DNA of 63,761 bases, counting the filler, from Vannella sp. (Eukaryota): assembly GCA_023345925.1 (NCBI GenBank). It is 6 parts of 6 records of this genome, joined end to end, with 100 filler letters (N's around TTAATTAATTAA, not from the genome) between each part and the next. Parts side by side here need not be neighbours in the genome. Positions count along the whole stretch, not along the records: positions 24,139 to 36,559 come from JAJQQN010000485.1; positions 36,660 to 44,557 come from JAJQQN010000802.1; 4 more parts are not named here. One strand, given 5' to 3'. The number at the start of each line of letters is the position of its first letter. The first letter of the stretch is position 1. Position numbers and translations under genes: made by a program. Below the pieces are notes generated by a model. The model was not told where the DNA came from. It made no database searches and saw nothing but the letters and a program-made list of their open reading frames with translations. Positions 27,101-39,596 of the stretch are shown here, in pieces.

Positions 27101-27399
27101 TTAAGCGGCTCGTACCCGTATCCTTCGTCGCCAGAAGCTTCTTCAGAAGAAGAGCCATCTGTGCTTCCTTCGGTACTCCTCATGCGCAGACCGTACGCCG
27201 CCGGGCTGTCATCTTCATGGCTGCTGTCCAACTGGACTGCCTCCACCAGCTCGCCCTCCACCCCTCCCTCGTCCTCGTCCTCCTCCTCCAAGTATCCGTA
27301 CCCTGAATTGGTTATAAGCTCAGCTCTACCACTTGACACGTCCCTGCAGCGTGGCAAAGAGGCCAGAACTTCCTCCTCCTCCTCATAACCGCAACTCAT
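24139..27399 (-). CDS. Clu (clustered mitochondria) domain protein with an acidic N-terminus and TPR-like C-terminal part; 3' truncated
   Basis: DYRGFRLLAMS.LPI, PVDIEGHLGTDGKFYVLDFGRVFPPE, LLRPEF, HRGGINCRHLG and EMVARCLK motifs. Confidence 0.88.
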
Positions 27400-27590
27400 A
27401 GCAGCGATAATGGAATGATCAGAACGTTTCTTTCAGTGCTTTATTCTCTTTCCCAAATCCTCATGGCCCTGGCCCCCTCGAACTTGAACTGGTTTACCAT
27501 AAAAAAGTGATTTTCTGAAATCTAATTTAAAGAGGATGGCAATGGAGCAAGGTCATGGGAGATGTATTTTTTGGTAGCGGGCACAAAGGG

Positions 27591-27932
27591 ATGGGGAGTT
27601 GGACTATCTGCGCCTTTGTGATGGCTTTTCTGGGAGCCTGTTTGGGTTCCGTTGATGGTATGAAGAGGAACAAATGTGAAGATGGTACTGAGTGCTAATG
27701 TGGGAAAGGCGGCGCTATGGTGGAGGCGGTCGAAGGGAACGGCGTGAAAGGAGGAAGTGCCCACGTGTACGTCTTCATTGGCATCACACTGATTGTCTCT
27801 ATGACAATCCTCATTGGTAGCCTTGCTGGATTCATCCTCTGGGGAAGAAGAGCGTGGAGGAACCTGAAAGAGTCGGGAGTCTATGACGCTCTGCGCAATC
27901 CCGACGGTGTTGAAGAAGAGGACGAGGCATAA
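27591..27932 (+). CDS. Small type I membrane protein (~96 aa), 2 exons
   Basis: A signal-peptide exon (MGSWTICAFVMAFLGACLGSVD) splices in frame through a GT..CTAAT..AAG intron to the 27717 ORF. That exon encodes one TM helix and a tail containing YDAL and EEEDEA. Confidence 0.65.
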
Positions 27933-27989
27933 AGTGCCCTCTCACAGTAGGATGACGCAGTGGTTTATATACAAAAGGGGTTGCGAGTG

Positions 27990-30900
27990 CTACGCGAGTG
28001 TGATGTCGATCTCAGCGTCTTTTCCCTTCTCGCTGACGATCTCCTGAAGGCCTGCTAAGAAGAGCTGCGCCTTCTTACGCACAATAAGCTTGTTCTCACG
28101 TTAGTAACTCAATCCGCATGACAGGGAGTCTCCTACCGAACGATCTAGCTTGGAGCCAAACGCCTGCTCGACCTGGTCGTAGACGAAGCTCATGCTGGCC
28201 AAGTAACTGTGCTTGTCTTCACTAGTGCCTCCATCTGGGATGTAACACAGGAAGACTAGACCCAGTCAACTGCTGCCAGACCAAACGGAGGGGAAGGGAG
28301 GGAATCACTTACGCCGGAAGGGGGAATCCCCGTCGAGATAGTTGAAGAAGGCGAAGACTGGCTCTGTCTCAGAGAAGGAATCAGCCAATTCGTTGGGAAG
28401 TACGGTGTCCTCCTCTACTAGGGTGATCACAGAAAGGTCAAAGTCTATCGACAGCACAACAAGGTTGCATCGACCCTCCTCCACGCGGGCGATGGAAGTC
28501 TTGGCAGACTGGTGAAGAGGATAAGACACTTTGGCCTTGCTAGAGGAAGAGCCTAGCGATGACTTCCGACGGGAGAGCTCTTTGGTGTTCGCCACTTTGC
28601 GAGCGTTCCAGATACTAACGACATTCGCACTGGAGGCAGTCAATACCTGTGAATTAGATGGGATGGAGAGGAGGACAGAATATGGATGGGAGATGCCCGC
28701 TTTGATTTCCTTGACGAACTTGCACGTCGCTGTCCAAACGATGATGGCTTTGTCGTCACCAATACTCCAAACGGTGTCTCCAACCTGAGTGAGATGATGG
28801 ACTGTTCCGGAGTGGCCTTCCAGTTTCTTGCACGACAACGTGAACTTGTTGAAGACAAGGATTTGCTCAGAAGCTACCCAAAGAGTGTCCCTTACTCGGA
28901 TAATCTGATGAATAGGAGTGTCCAAGTGGGTACTCGCCAGAATCGAAAAGGTGCGAGTACTTAGAGCCACCAGGCCGGTCCCGGCAATCCACAATACACT
29001 TTCCTTTCGATCAAAATAAAGGTCGCGGATCTCTCCGATAGCGTTTTCCTTCTCCAGGCGCACGCCAGTCATGTTCGGGGGATTGAACATTTCTAGACCA
29101 GAGAAGAACTCATTGGGGATGACAAACATGTCGCTCTCTTTGATTTGGTGGTGCAAGTCATCGAAGAATGGTGCTTGAATGATACTGGCCTGCTGAAGTT
29201 GCAAGGTTATCTCTTCAACTGGCGTATCCCCACACAGTTGATGAGAGATGAGCCATTTGTGAAGGGCCGAACGGGTAAAGTACTTGAAAAAGCAGACTGT
29301 CGCATTGACAAACTGCTTGATGTGGCCCGGAACTGTAGTGGAAGGGTCATAGAGCTTCTTTTGGATACTCTTGATGGTTGCCGAGACACCACGAGGGGAA
29401 TAGACAGGGCAAAGTCGGTCAAATCGTGACGGAGTGCCATCTTTGCTCCAGAGCAAAAGCGCTCCATCGCTTGTTCCCGCGCAGATGTCTTTCTCGAGCT
29501 CAACAAAGCAGGTCACCTTGTGAGGACAGGGCACGGTCTTCACAAGGCGCCGAGTAATGCCGCACCAAATGTGTATAACGGAAGAGTCTTTGGCAAAGGT
29601 CCACACTTGATTCTCGCTGGCACATGATAAAACGCATGCAACCGGAGTAACGTACAGTGGCAAGACTGCCTCTTGACAGTAGCGATCTTCCACATCCCAG
29701 ATTGATACGGAACCGTCAGACTCACAGCACCACATGCTCGTGCCATGATTAGTGAGAAGTGCGTGTGTTGGGAAGGTGTTGTCTCTTCGCAAAAGACCTT
29801 GAGCGAAGGCAGAGTCATTGACTGCTGGGATTTGGCTATCTTTAGATGCGTTGCGTTGACGATCCGTTGATTGCGAAGTTTGAGGAACGAAGATCTCTTC
29901 CTTTTTGGTGGTCCTCTGGATGATTGCGTGAAGCCTTACGGTGATGCTGTCAAAGGTAGGACGGCCCTCTGGTTCATTTTGCCAGCATTCATGGAGGAGA
30001 GCAACAAGTGAAGCCTGTTTCTTCTTCTTCGCCTCCACAGGCGGACGCTTTCCAGCCATGATGGCGTCTTCCATAGCAGACAAGAATGTAAACTCGGAGA
30101 AGAAAGCCTCGAGAGTGAGTATTTCATATAGCATTACCCCAAAGGCATAGACATCAGCTTTCTCTGAATAGCCTTTCCCAGCAAGGATTTCTGGAGCAAG
30201 CCAAACTGGATTGTCGACTTGGCGGCCCTGTAGAACAGGGACCCAGGACTTGGAGAGGCCAAAATCAGCTACAACTGCAACAACCTCAGACTTGGGGTCT
30301 ATTGAGTGAAGTAACACATTAGGACTCTTCAAGTCAGAGTGAATGATGGTTGGAACTCGATTGTGGAGGAAGCGCATTCCCTCAGCAATATCCAAAGCAA
30401 TGCGAAGTTTCAATGGCCACGAATTAGCTGCCACGCGATGCTCTTCATTGTGCAGGAAGTCATAAAGGTTGCCAAAAGCTGCAAAGTCGGTCATAATACA
30501 CAACGGTGTTGTGCAAAGTCCGTGAAACCCAATAATGTTCCGATGTTGGATGCCATTCATGATCCAGGTTTCTCTTATAAAGTCATTAAACACCTCCACA
30601 GCAGTGCTTCCTTCAACAATATCGATCTTCTTCAATGCCACTTGCTTGCCCTTGTAGTTGGCTTTGTAAACAGTTGCAAATCCACCTTTGCCAATCTCCT
30701 TAATGATTTCAATCTCATCGTAATTGAGGCGAGTAACTTCAGCCATTGACAAGTCGGGAACGAGGAGGTCCAGGCGGACGGAGCTTCCCGAGCGGCAGTC
30801 AAGGTATGATTCAGCAGAGAGGGCGGCCTCTTTACAAAGAGTGTAGGGGAACGAGTAGGGACTTTGCGAGCACTCTTGGAAGCAATGAGGACAAGGAACG

Positions 30901-33900
30901 CTCTTAATCACATCCAGATGAATCCAGTGTTCAATGAAGGACTCGATAATGTCGACAGCCATCAAGAAGACAGACATAGAGTTATCTCCTCGTGCAACCA
31001 CGCGAAGCAATGACTCGGCGTCTAACTCAACAAGGAGCTTAGCGCCAACAACAGTATTACTGAATCCAGAGATTCCATAACGCCAATAGTGGACATCAAT
31101 GAGTTGTTCCATCAGCCGGATGATCAGGAAGTTCAAGAATCCTGCAGGAACGAATGAGACACGATAATCACGCGCGTACTGCTTCGTTGTTTCGAACCGT
31201 GGGAAGATCTGGGATACCCGAAGGTCAGGTTTCAAAGGGAGGGCAGAGGGAACAATGCTCGACCCTGCTTGCCACTCTTCTTCTGTTCGGTACTCAGCGG
31301 AAGGGAAGGCTATCTCAAACTTCCGGAGAATCTGCAGTAAAGAGCGATGAAGATCCAATGGATAGTCACTTGGGTGCCAGATTTGGATCAAATCAGCGTG
31401 CTCAACGATACCTTGCTTAATATAACGGTGTTTCGTCGTGATGAGCTCGGATAACAGCTGAATCAACCAGCGGGGATCAAGAGTGACCATATCCTTAAGA
31501 TGCGACTCTTCGTAGTAGAGGATTGCTCCCCAGTTATGGAGAAGTTTACTGACCTCTTGAATCTCGTCGCCTTCGATAGAAAACAAAGCAGCAATTTCAG
31601 TGTACTCGCTTAAGGGAATCACGGGTGGTCTACGTCGAGAACGCTCCCAGAGCATTTGTCGCTCAAAGAATTGGTATTTGCAAGGTATAACAGCCTCAAG
31701 GAAAGATTGAGAAGCGAGGACCTCTTGGAGTCTCTCTTGAAGTTCAGGGAATCCGGCACAGGTAGAACAACTGACTGCTGTCACTGCTTTGATGAATGGG
31801 AACCTTTGATGGTACTTGCTTGCTATCCTGTTCAGTGTCACATGCGCTTTCTCTTTGAGTTCCTGGTCAATGTGTGTTGCTACCAGGATGGTGGGCGCTC
31901 CTTGAGCCATGATCTTAATAGATTCCAACCAATAATGTAATTTGGTGTCTTCTTCGTTGTCCAAGATATTCCACACAATGAAATAGATGGCCTGGTCGCT
32001 TAAGAACAACTGGTGCGTTGTATAGTAGATCTCCTGCCCTGCAAAGTCCCAGACTTCGGTGTCGACTGCCTTTCCGTTGGGTAACTGAACTTTCCATTGG
32101 TTCACATAAATACCGTCAGTCGAGATGTTAACGGTTGCTGGTGTACCAGTTCGGAGAGCGTGAGATATTGACGACTTTCCCACATTCTCTTGTCCAACAA
32201 TCATCATGCGGACCCGCCGAACGGACTCTTTCTTGCCTACCATGTCTCTGAGACTCTTCAAGATAGCCCCTGTTGTTTGAGATAGAACTTTCTTTTCTGG
32301 GAAAGTGATAGCGTTGTCTTTGAAACGGAAAGTCTGAAGCTGGCTGAGAGACCCCAAGAGAATAGGAATTTCAACGATCTGGTTGTGAGAAATGTCCAAG
32401 AGTGTCAGCTTCTCCAGTAATCGGATGTAAGGAGAAATCTGTGGAATTGCGTTGTTGTTAATCATAAGCTTGCTCAACTCTTTCATAATGAAGAGAGGCT
32501 GCGGGAACCGATCCAATCGATTGAAAGAAATGTCCAGCGATGTCAATGACTGCTCACACTCTGTTATTTGCAGTGCGTTGGCTGTCAGTTGATTTCTACG
32601 AAGGTTGAGTACCTCAAGTCCTTTGAGTCGGAGTGAAAGAGAGAGAAGGCAATTTTCAGCCAGGGAAAGGCGCTTGAGGTTAGTGAGCTTATGAAGATCA
32701 TCAGGAGGAGCTATCAGTTTGAATCCTTCAATGGCAAGTGTGTGAAGATTCTCTAATAGAAAGAGAGAAGGTGGTAGCTTGCTGGAAAAGGTTCCACTAC
32801 CTCCAAGTTGGAGTGAAGTGAGCTTTGGGAACTTTTGTAACGAGTCATCAATCACTGTCAACTGATTTTCGCGCAAGTCAATCGAGGTGAGGCTTTCTAA
32901 AGACTCCGAAAGTGTTTCAATGAGATCTGGTGGGAGGTATTTGATCATGTTGTTGCTCAAATCCAAAGTCTCTAGCTGACGCAGAGCAGATAATTCTTTG
33001 GGAATAGTGCAGAAAACATTGGATGAGAGGTCAATCCCCACGCACTCCCCAAGAGTCTGTACGAGTGGGAACTTTGAGAGCAGCAAATGTGATAATTCGA
33101 GCGTCCTTGGCTCTTCTGTTTTGTCAACATTGCTTGTAAACTTCTCCAATAGTGTGCTGCATTGATAAGCTCCGTTGCAGGAAAGCCATTGCAAGTGATA
33201 AGATGTCCAAAAAGTCACCCGCAATAGTGTCGCGTCTGGCAGGAGGGGAGACGCAACAAGGTCTTGATTGTACCATGGGTTGACGAACTCCACGTGGTTG
33301 TCGCTGATGTACTTCCAGAAGGACATTGTTATGGGGATGTTGAAGATCGCGTCCTTCTCGCAGTCGCATAAGAAGGTGCCAAACCGCCCGGAGGTCACTG
33401 CCTCGAGGATCTCGAGGAGGAAGTGCTCGTTAAACTCAAAGTAAACCCCAAACTGGGCCAGCATCTGCCATACACAATCGATAAAATGGATGAAAACAGC
33501 GCGAGTACGGACATCAGTGGAGGCTTGGAGAGTGGCCGAACCGAACCCGAAACTGGAGGCGAAAGGGAATCCGTAGCGAATCCAAACATGCTCGATTAAC
33601 ACTTGAAACCCTGCTATTGTTCTGTAATATGGGTCTGACATCAGCATCGTCAGGGATATCAGAGCAAAAGAGGTAAACCCGTCGTCCTCCACCACCAGAG
33701 AGCGGCCTTGCTGTACTTTCTCTGTTAAACGGACAGAGGCTACCAACATTTCGCTGATACAAGCCATCCACTGATGAATGTAAAGCTTAGCATCTGGAGA
33801 GTCGTGTGTACCAGTCCGCAGATTGACGCTGAGGCTCTCGTAGATGACAGCTACCTCAGAAAATGTCCAAAGTGTCTTCGCCCTATTCTCTTCAGCCTGT

Positions 33901-36074
33901 TGACAACAAATTGTTTCGTAAGCGCCGCTTGGTAGGAGAGGAGCAAGCTCTCTCATGAAACGAATCCGCTCTCCAACATTAAGGTTAGCCTCAGAGGCCT
34001 TTGATTGAAGCGTTGGTGTTGAGCCGTGTGTAACTGACAGTCGTAGATTGTGAGCCGAAGGAGAGCTCTTGATAAGGGCCGATTGTGTTCCTGAACGAAG
34101 CAGGCAACCAGAAGTTGCAAAATTAATGTAGATCAGGGTTGGAAAACTGCCCCCTACGAACTGCCGTGCCACTCGGCTCATTAGATCACCATCACTGGAA
34201 ATTGAGTTTGGGACAAGAACCTGGCGCGGATACGATTTGGCTTGTGGAACGCTCATAAAGTTCCATTGCCCAGGAATGGGGACTCCTTGACGGAAGAACT
34301 CTGCATCGTGGTGGAGCAGACTCTCAATAAAAACATCGTTTTCTGAGTACAGTCCATGATAATACGTGAAGGTCTGGTTGATTGGTTGTGGCGCCTCAAA
34401 TAAACTTGCCAACTGCAGGAATTCTTGGAACACAGTGGAAGAAGCAAAAGAGAAGGCAATTAGGCGATTGCTCTTCGTGACAAACGACACATCATCTTTG
34501 TCCTTTTTCCTATCAACAGCAAGAATGGAAGAGAGAGGCACGAGCACTGGGGGTCTCTGGCTACCATCTGCACGGGGCCGAGGAATAAAGATCAAACGAT
34601 AGTTTGTCACACATAAATTGCCTCCGCTGAGGCCATCATCGCCAACAAGTTGCACGTGCTCTGTCTGCATGATAACCTCCTCGGCAAAGAACAAAGGGAA
34701 AGGCGCATTGTCTTTCTGCGTACTCTTTGGTATCCATTCTGGGTGTTCAATGAGCATTTTGAACAGGGCCATATTGTTCCCACGGCACTCTGTTGAAACT
34801 AGAGGACACATAATGTCTGCAAGTGCTTTGGAAGTCATTCGGGTATGCTCTGCTTGGAGAGAGACTCGGTTTAAGAAGGAGGTGATGTATCTTAGCAGCA
34901 CCATCTGTCCTTTTGATATCCTTTTCAGAAGCTTGACGATCTCCATTGGGTTCTCTGGGGATGAGAGAGAAGGTTAAACAGCGCTCTTTCTGCAATATGA
35001 TGTCCTACCTAAGGCCTTGGGGGTAAACTCTACCCAGAAGATACTGTCCAAACACTTGGTTTGAAAGGTACCCAAAACAGCCTTGAACAGCTCACAAACA
35101 GTGAAAGGGTCCCCCACCGTGTCGAGGTCCACACTGTCAGGATTACTGTGGTATCTCTTCAAGATCTCCTCCACTGTTGAGGTTGAAGCGTTCCCCACTT
35201 GAAAGATCCGCGGGGTCGACAGGGCTGAAGCAAGTTAACCAACCTCTCCGCTCACAACAGAAGCTACCACCTACCATTGATCTCTATCCACTTCATCGTG
35301 TCAAAGAGGAAGGATGGAAGGACTCCATCTCCCAACAGGAGAGTGTTTCCTTGTGAAGAGTTCCCTGTTTTGCTCCTCGGTCTTATGACAGAGTTCTTCG
35401 TCGAGCGCGCCTTGTTCCGGAGGCTTCCCATGTTTGGTAGTTTCCGTACCTTTACCTTTGCCTTCAGTAAGAGGACATCCTCATGCTGGAGATCTTGCTC
35501 TTCAAGGGTGATCAGTTCATGACTTGCAGAGCTTCCTCTCAGGTCACTCACCAAAGGGCGGTCGCTGGAGGTTCACTTCCTTGGTAGGACAAGCTGGAGA
35601 CACCAAAGAGAGCTCCTTGGGCTTGACCCCGTACTCAGCAGCCATCCGTTCAACGATGGCCTCCAACGCGCGTTCTTTGCAGAAGTTGACGTCCTCGAAC
35701 TTCTGGTCGCGATCGAGCCCAATGATGAGAAGCTTTGTAGAGAACCGCACTAACTCCACTCGGACATCCCCTTTCTACCACTCCTGGTTAGCTCTGGACA
35801 GGAGCCCACACCACCGTCGTACTTGAAAGACTTGCTCATTTGGCAGCAGTCCAGCGAGGGTAGCGTCTGTAGGGAGATACTTCGGAGGATCTGGAAGGCC
35901 CCTGATAACTAGAGCGTACTTGGACGCAGCCTCCGCCTCCGTAGAAGCAAGGTGGAACTTGTCGGACACCCTGAATACGACAGAAGAGACCGTATCTTGC
36001 GGCTCCACCTGAAAGGAGGCTGTTCCCGATACCACCTCCGGCACATTCACAAAGATCTTACAGATCCTCGACAT
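27990..36074 (-). CDS. Giant Roco/LRRK-family kinase: Ubl-like, RhoGAP-like, PH-GRAM, myotubularin-like, LRR, ROC, COR, kinase, WD40 with DEP-like insert, ADF-H-like
   Basis: ROC motifs GQENVGKSS, WDFAGQE and ATHID; COR motif LDPRWL; kinase motifs GKGGFATVYK, HSDLKSPN, DFG and APE; many LxxLxLxxN repeats; myotubularin motif DPYYRTIAGFQVLIE. Several short 5' exons and two 3' exons were traced beyond the 2213-aa ORF. Confidence 0.92.
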
Positions 36075-36286
36075 CAGGAGGTCAGCCGCCTCGCCACCCG
36101 AAAGAAATAAAAAACGCCCTCTCCGAACTGTTCCCAACCCTCTCCAAATTTAGGCTCTCTGCTTGGATAAACCCCGTTATTCATTTTTACCGTTCCTTCT
36201 GAGGGTTTGGAAAGTTCTGAAAAGCCTGCTTCCCGCTTGGAGAGTCAATCGCGCGAACTGGTTGGGCTTTCCTTGGCAGCGCGGTG

Positions 36287-36559
36287 ATGCAAGCCGCTGT
36301 GGACAACTATCTGAGGTATACAGTGTGGCAGCCAGAGCACTGGGAGAACGTGGAATGGAGTATCTTGTGGAAACCAGCGGATTATGTTTGGGTAGAAGGT
36401 GTCACGCCTTTCTCCCAACCTATCCTTCCTGTTGGCTCGTTGGTTGTCTACTTTCTGGTGATAGTTCTTCTCAGAGTAAGCTCTTGCTCTCATTTGTATC
36501 CTCTATCCATCGTGGCTCACCCCCTTTCCAGAGGATCATGGCGAACAGGAAGCCGTGGG
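36287..36559 (+). CDS. GNS1/SUR4 (ELO) fatty acid elongase, 5' fragment
   Basis: WVEGVTPFS...YFLVIVLLR splices to IMANRKPW, which matches elongase N-termini. Truncated by the linker. Confidence 0.65.
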
Positions 36560-36659
36560 NNNNNNNNNNNNNNNNNNNNNNNNNNNNNNNNNNNNNNNNN
36601 NNNTTAATTAATTAANNNNNNNNNNNNNNNNNNNNNNNNNNNNNNNNNNNNNNNNNNNN
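36560..36659. other. Artificial contig linker
   Basis: Ns around TTAATTAATTAA. Confidence 0.98.
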
Positions 36660-36951
36660 CCTCCAAAGGATCGTTACAAAGACTCATTTGCAACCTTTTG
36701 TGGGTTTCACCTTCTATGATGAACCAAGCCACACTGGCCACTTGCTGATTCAGAAGCCTTCTTACATTCCCTTTGTGATGTTCGTCTTACAGAAGATCGC
36801 AGTCGAGTGCGAGGTGACCTTCTCACCCGAATTGTTCTCCGCTCATCGTCATCCATATTTCCAAGCTCTCCTGGGCCTCACTCCTCCCCCTGCCTCAGCA
36901 CTCTCTCGCATGGAGACACCTCCTCAAGCGATCAAGAGCACCAGATGCTAA
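36660..36951 (+). CDS. 3' end of an unidentified gene
   Basis: The frame is open from the contig edge to TAA at 36951. No recognisable motif. Confidence 0.45.
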
Positions 36952-37092
36952 GAATCCTTCATTTTCATTCCGAAGAAGGTTGTACACTAATAGGTCATTG
37001 GCCACGCATATTTAAATACAAATCGTTGAGAGAATTGATTTGAAAGACGCTGAATTAATATCTCTTGTTTGACCATTGTTTTTGGTGCGTCC

Positions 37093-38102
37093 ATGGAAGG
37101 AGGGGAAACTGCCATTGAGTTGGTGGTTAAGTGGCGGGGGCAGCTTCTTCCCTTCTCTTGTGAACCAGGAGACTCTGTAGGGAGTCTGAAGTTGAAGATT
37201 GAGGCCGAAACAAACGTTCTGGCGGAGAAGCAGAAGCTGAGCGTCCGATTTAAGGGAAAACCTTCGGATATCGACGAGACACCTTTATCAGAGGTCCTCT
37301 TACCTAAAAACAGAGTCATACTGATGGTAGGAACACCAGAAGACCAACTATTCGCCCCGCCCTCTGCAGAACAGCGAGCTCTACTTCTGCCAGTCGAAAT
37401 GCTGGAACAAGACGAAAACGATCTTTTGGATCAATTCAAGTCCGTGAATCTGTCCAAAGTCGAGTCTCGTAAGCGCACATATCCTATTAAGGTGCTGCAC
37501 GAGCCACGTCAGGGCAAGAAGCTCCTCGTACTGGATATTGACTATACACTTTTCGACCATTTGAGTGGCTCGGCTGAGAATCCAGTGGATTTGATGAGAC
37601 CTTATCTTCATGAGTTTCTTACTGCTGCTTATGAACACTACGACATCATCATTTGGTCTGCAACATCGTACAAATACGTCGAACTCAAAATGAGGGAATT
37701 GGGAGTGCTCTCCAATCCCGCTTATCGTGTGGTTGCTCTCTTTGATATCCGTGCGATGATCACAGTTAAGTCTGAAGAGTATGGGTTGGTGAATGTGAAG
37801 CCACTGGCTGTGGTTTGGTCCTTCTTTCCGGAATTCTTCTCCGAGACGAACACAATCATGTTTGACGATATCCGTCGCAACTTCCTCATGAACCCACAGA
37901 ACGGGCTTCGGATTAGAGCCTATCGGAATGCCCCACAGAACAGAGGAACTGACAAGGAGCTGGTCTATCTCACCGACTATCTCCTTCGAATTGCTCCGCT
38001 TCCTTCCCTCTCCCACTTAGACCACAACGTAAGCTGTTTCCGTCAAACCAGAGATGTCTCAGGGTCTAATCATGGTGCTAGGAGTGGAGAAAATACAAAT
38101 AG
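37093..38102 (+). CDS. UBLCP1: Ubiquitin-like domain-containing CTD phosphatase 1, 2 exons
   Basis: N-terminal Ubl (..QKL..ILMVGTPE), then GKKLLVLDIDYTLFDH, MRPYLHEFLT and MFDDIRRNFLMNPQNGL. The last exon reads EWRKYK*. Confidence 0.96.
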
Positions 38103-38191
38103 ACGCTTGTCCCTCTATTCGAGTGACTTTCTCAAAAGTTCCAGAACCATCTCAGGTCTTTTCAAGTATGTATGATAGAGGAAGGCTCACT

Positions 38192-39596
38192 CTATAGTGC
38201 CTGATTGATAAGGTCGTCAATCTCATCCAAAGAGCAAAGAGTCGCTTTGATTCGTTTGGGGGAGGGAGTCGGAGGAATGGGACCAGTACGAGGGCGATAT
38301 TTGGGTTTGGGAGGAGTCTCTTGAATGTGCGGAAGAGGCACAATAACGCCGCCTTTCTCTCGAGTTGACCTGGGCTCTTGAGGTCGGAAGCGACGGCTGC
38401 GAACTTTCACCTTCAAAGTGGAAACGGGGCTATCAAACAAAGGGGATACCGCTTGGACACGCCTATGAGGAGGAGAAGGGGTGAGCAAGTGATGTTCTAC
38501 TGTCTTCTGCCTCTTCTTTGCCGGAAAGGGAGACGGCAGGGACGACATAAATTCGCCGCTCGCATCCAGAGATGGCAAAGGGAGATCTCCGTCACTTAAA
38601 CCATCTTGACTGTCCCCAGGCAGCTCTGCTTCAGAATCTGTGGAAGGAGAGTCGCTGCCTATATCTGGTATTGGTTGGCGCTTTCTCTTCTCAGGAGCTT
38701 TTCTCTTCCCAAGAATTTGGCTGCTTTTGGGGGTCATTCTGTTGGAAGGGGGAACGTTCTGCTCAAGTTTGACCTTCTCTCTCATTTTGGCCACTATTAG
38801 GACAGTTAGATCCTTCGATTAAGCTCCCAGGAGGAGAGTGCGGAGTGACTTACTGTTCGCCTGTAAGTCTCTTATCTTCTGTTTTTTCGTATTCAGGACC
38901 AAGGAGAACTTTGCAATTGTACTGTTAGACATAAAGTGACCACAAGAGGCGATCCGGAACTCACCCGCGAATAAATATCGAACTCCAAACTCTGTTTGTC
39001 TTGGACTAAGAGAGAATACTGTCGAAGGGTCTCTTCTTTAGCCTTCTCAAGTTGCGAAACCTTCTTGTTGAGTGTTTGACTCTCTTCTTTGAAGAAGAAA
39101 AGCTGGGAAAGGACTTTGTCGAGGAAGCTCTGAAAACGGGCCGTCCGTTCCTCAACGAGTTTGTCCAACAACACGACTCCGCGCAGGGAGATTTGTTGAT
39201 CTGCATGGAGGGAAGTGTCTTTCACCTTGATTCTCCACGTGAGCTTGGCCTGGTTCGGATCAGAGGCTTGGGAAAGAGAGACACTTCCGTTCTCAGCCTC
39301 GTTTTGAAGTGTCTTTAAGGGGATATCAGAGCCAGAGAGAGGTGTATCTTGAAACATACCTTACGGACAATCGAAGCATACTCTTTGAGCGTCATGTTCT
39401 TGGGGCAGAACGAAGAAAGCTCGGGGGAACTCAATCCCCCACTCCAAAGCTGCCTTCCGTCGGTGATGTCAAGTTGGAAGGCTTCCCTGGCCCACTTGGA
39501 CTTGAAGTAGAAGCAACGCCCCTTAAAGTTAAAGCGGGCAATGTCTACCGCCTCCAAATCCAACAGAAGACCCGATCCTGACGAAGAGCGCTCCAT
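38192..39596 (-). CDS. XRCC4: XRCC4-like NHEJ protein, multi-exon
   Basis: Head-domain motif FQLDITDGRQLWSG, a coiled coil with spliced EFDIYSR-FSLVLNTKKQKIRDL (the ligase IV-binding segment), and a disordered tail. An alternative ATG lies at 39623. Confidence 0.85.
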
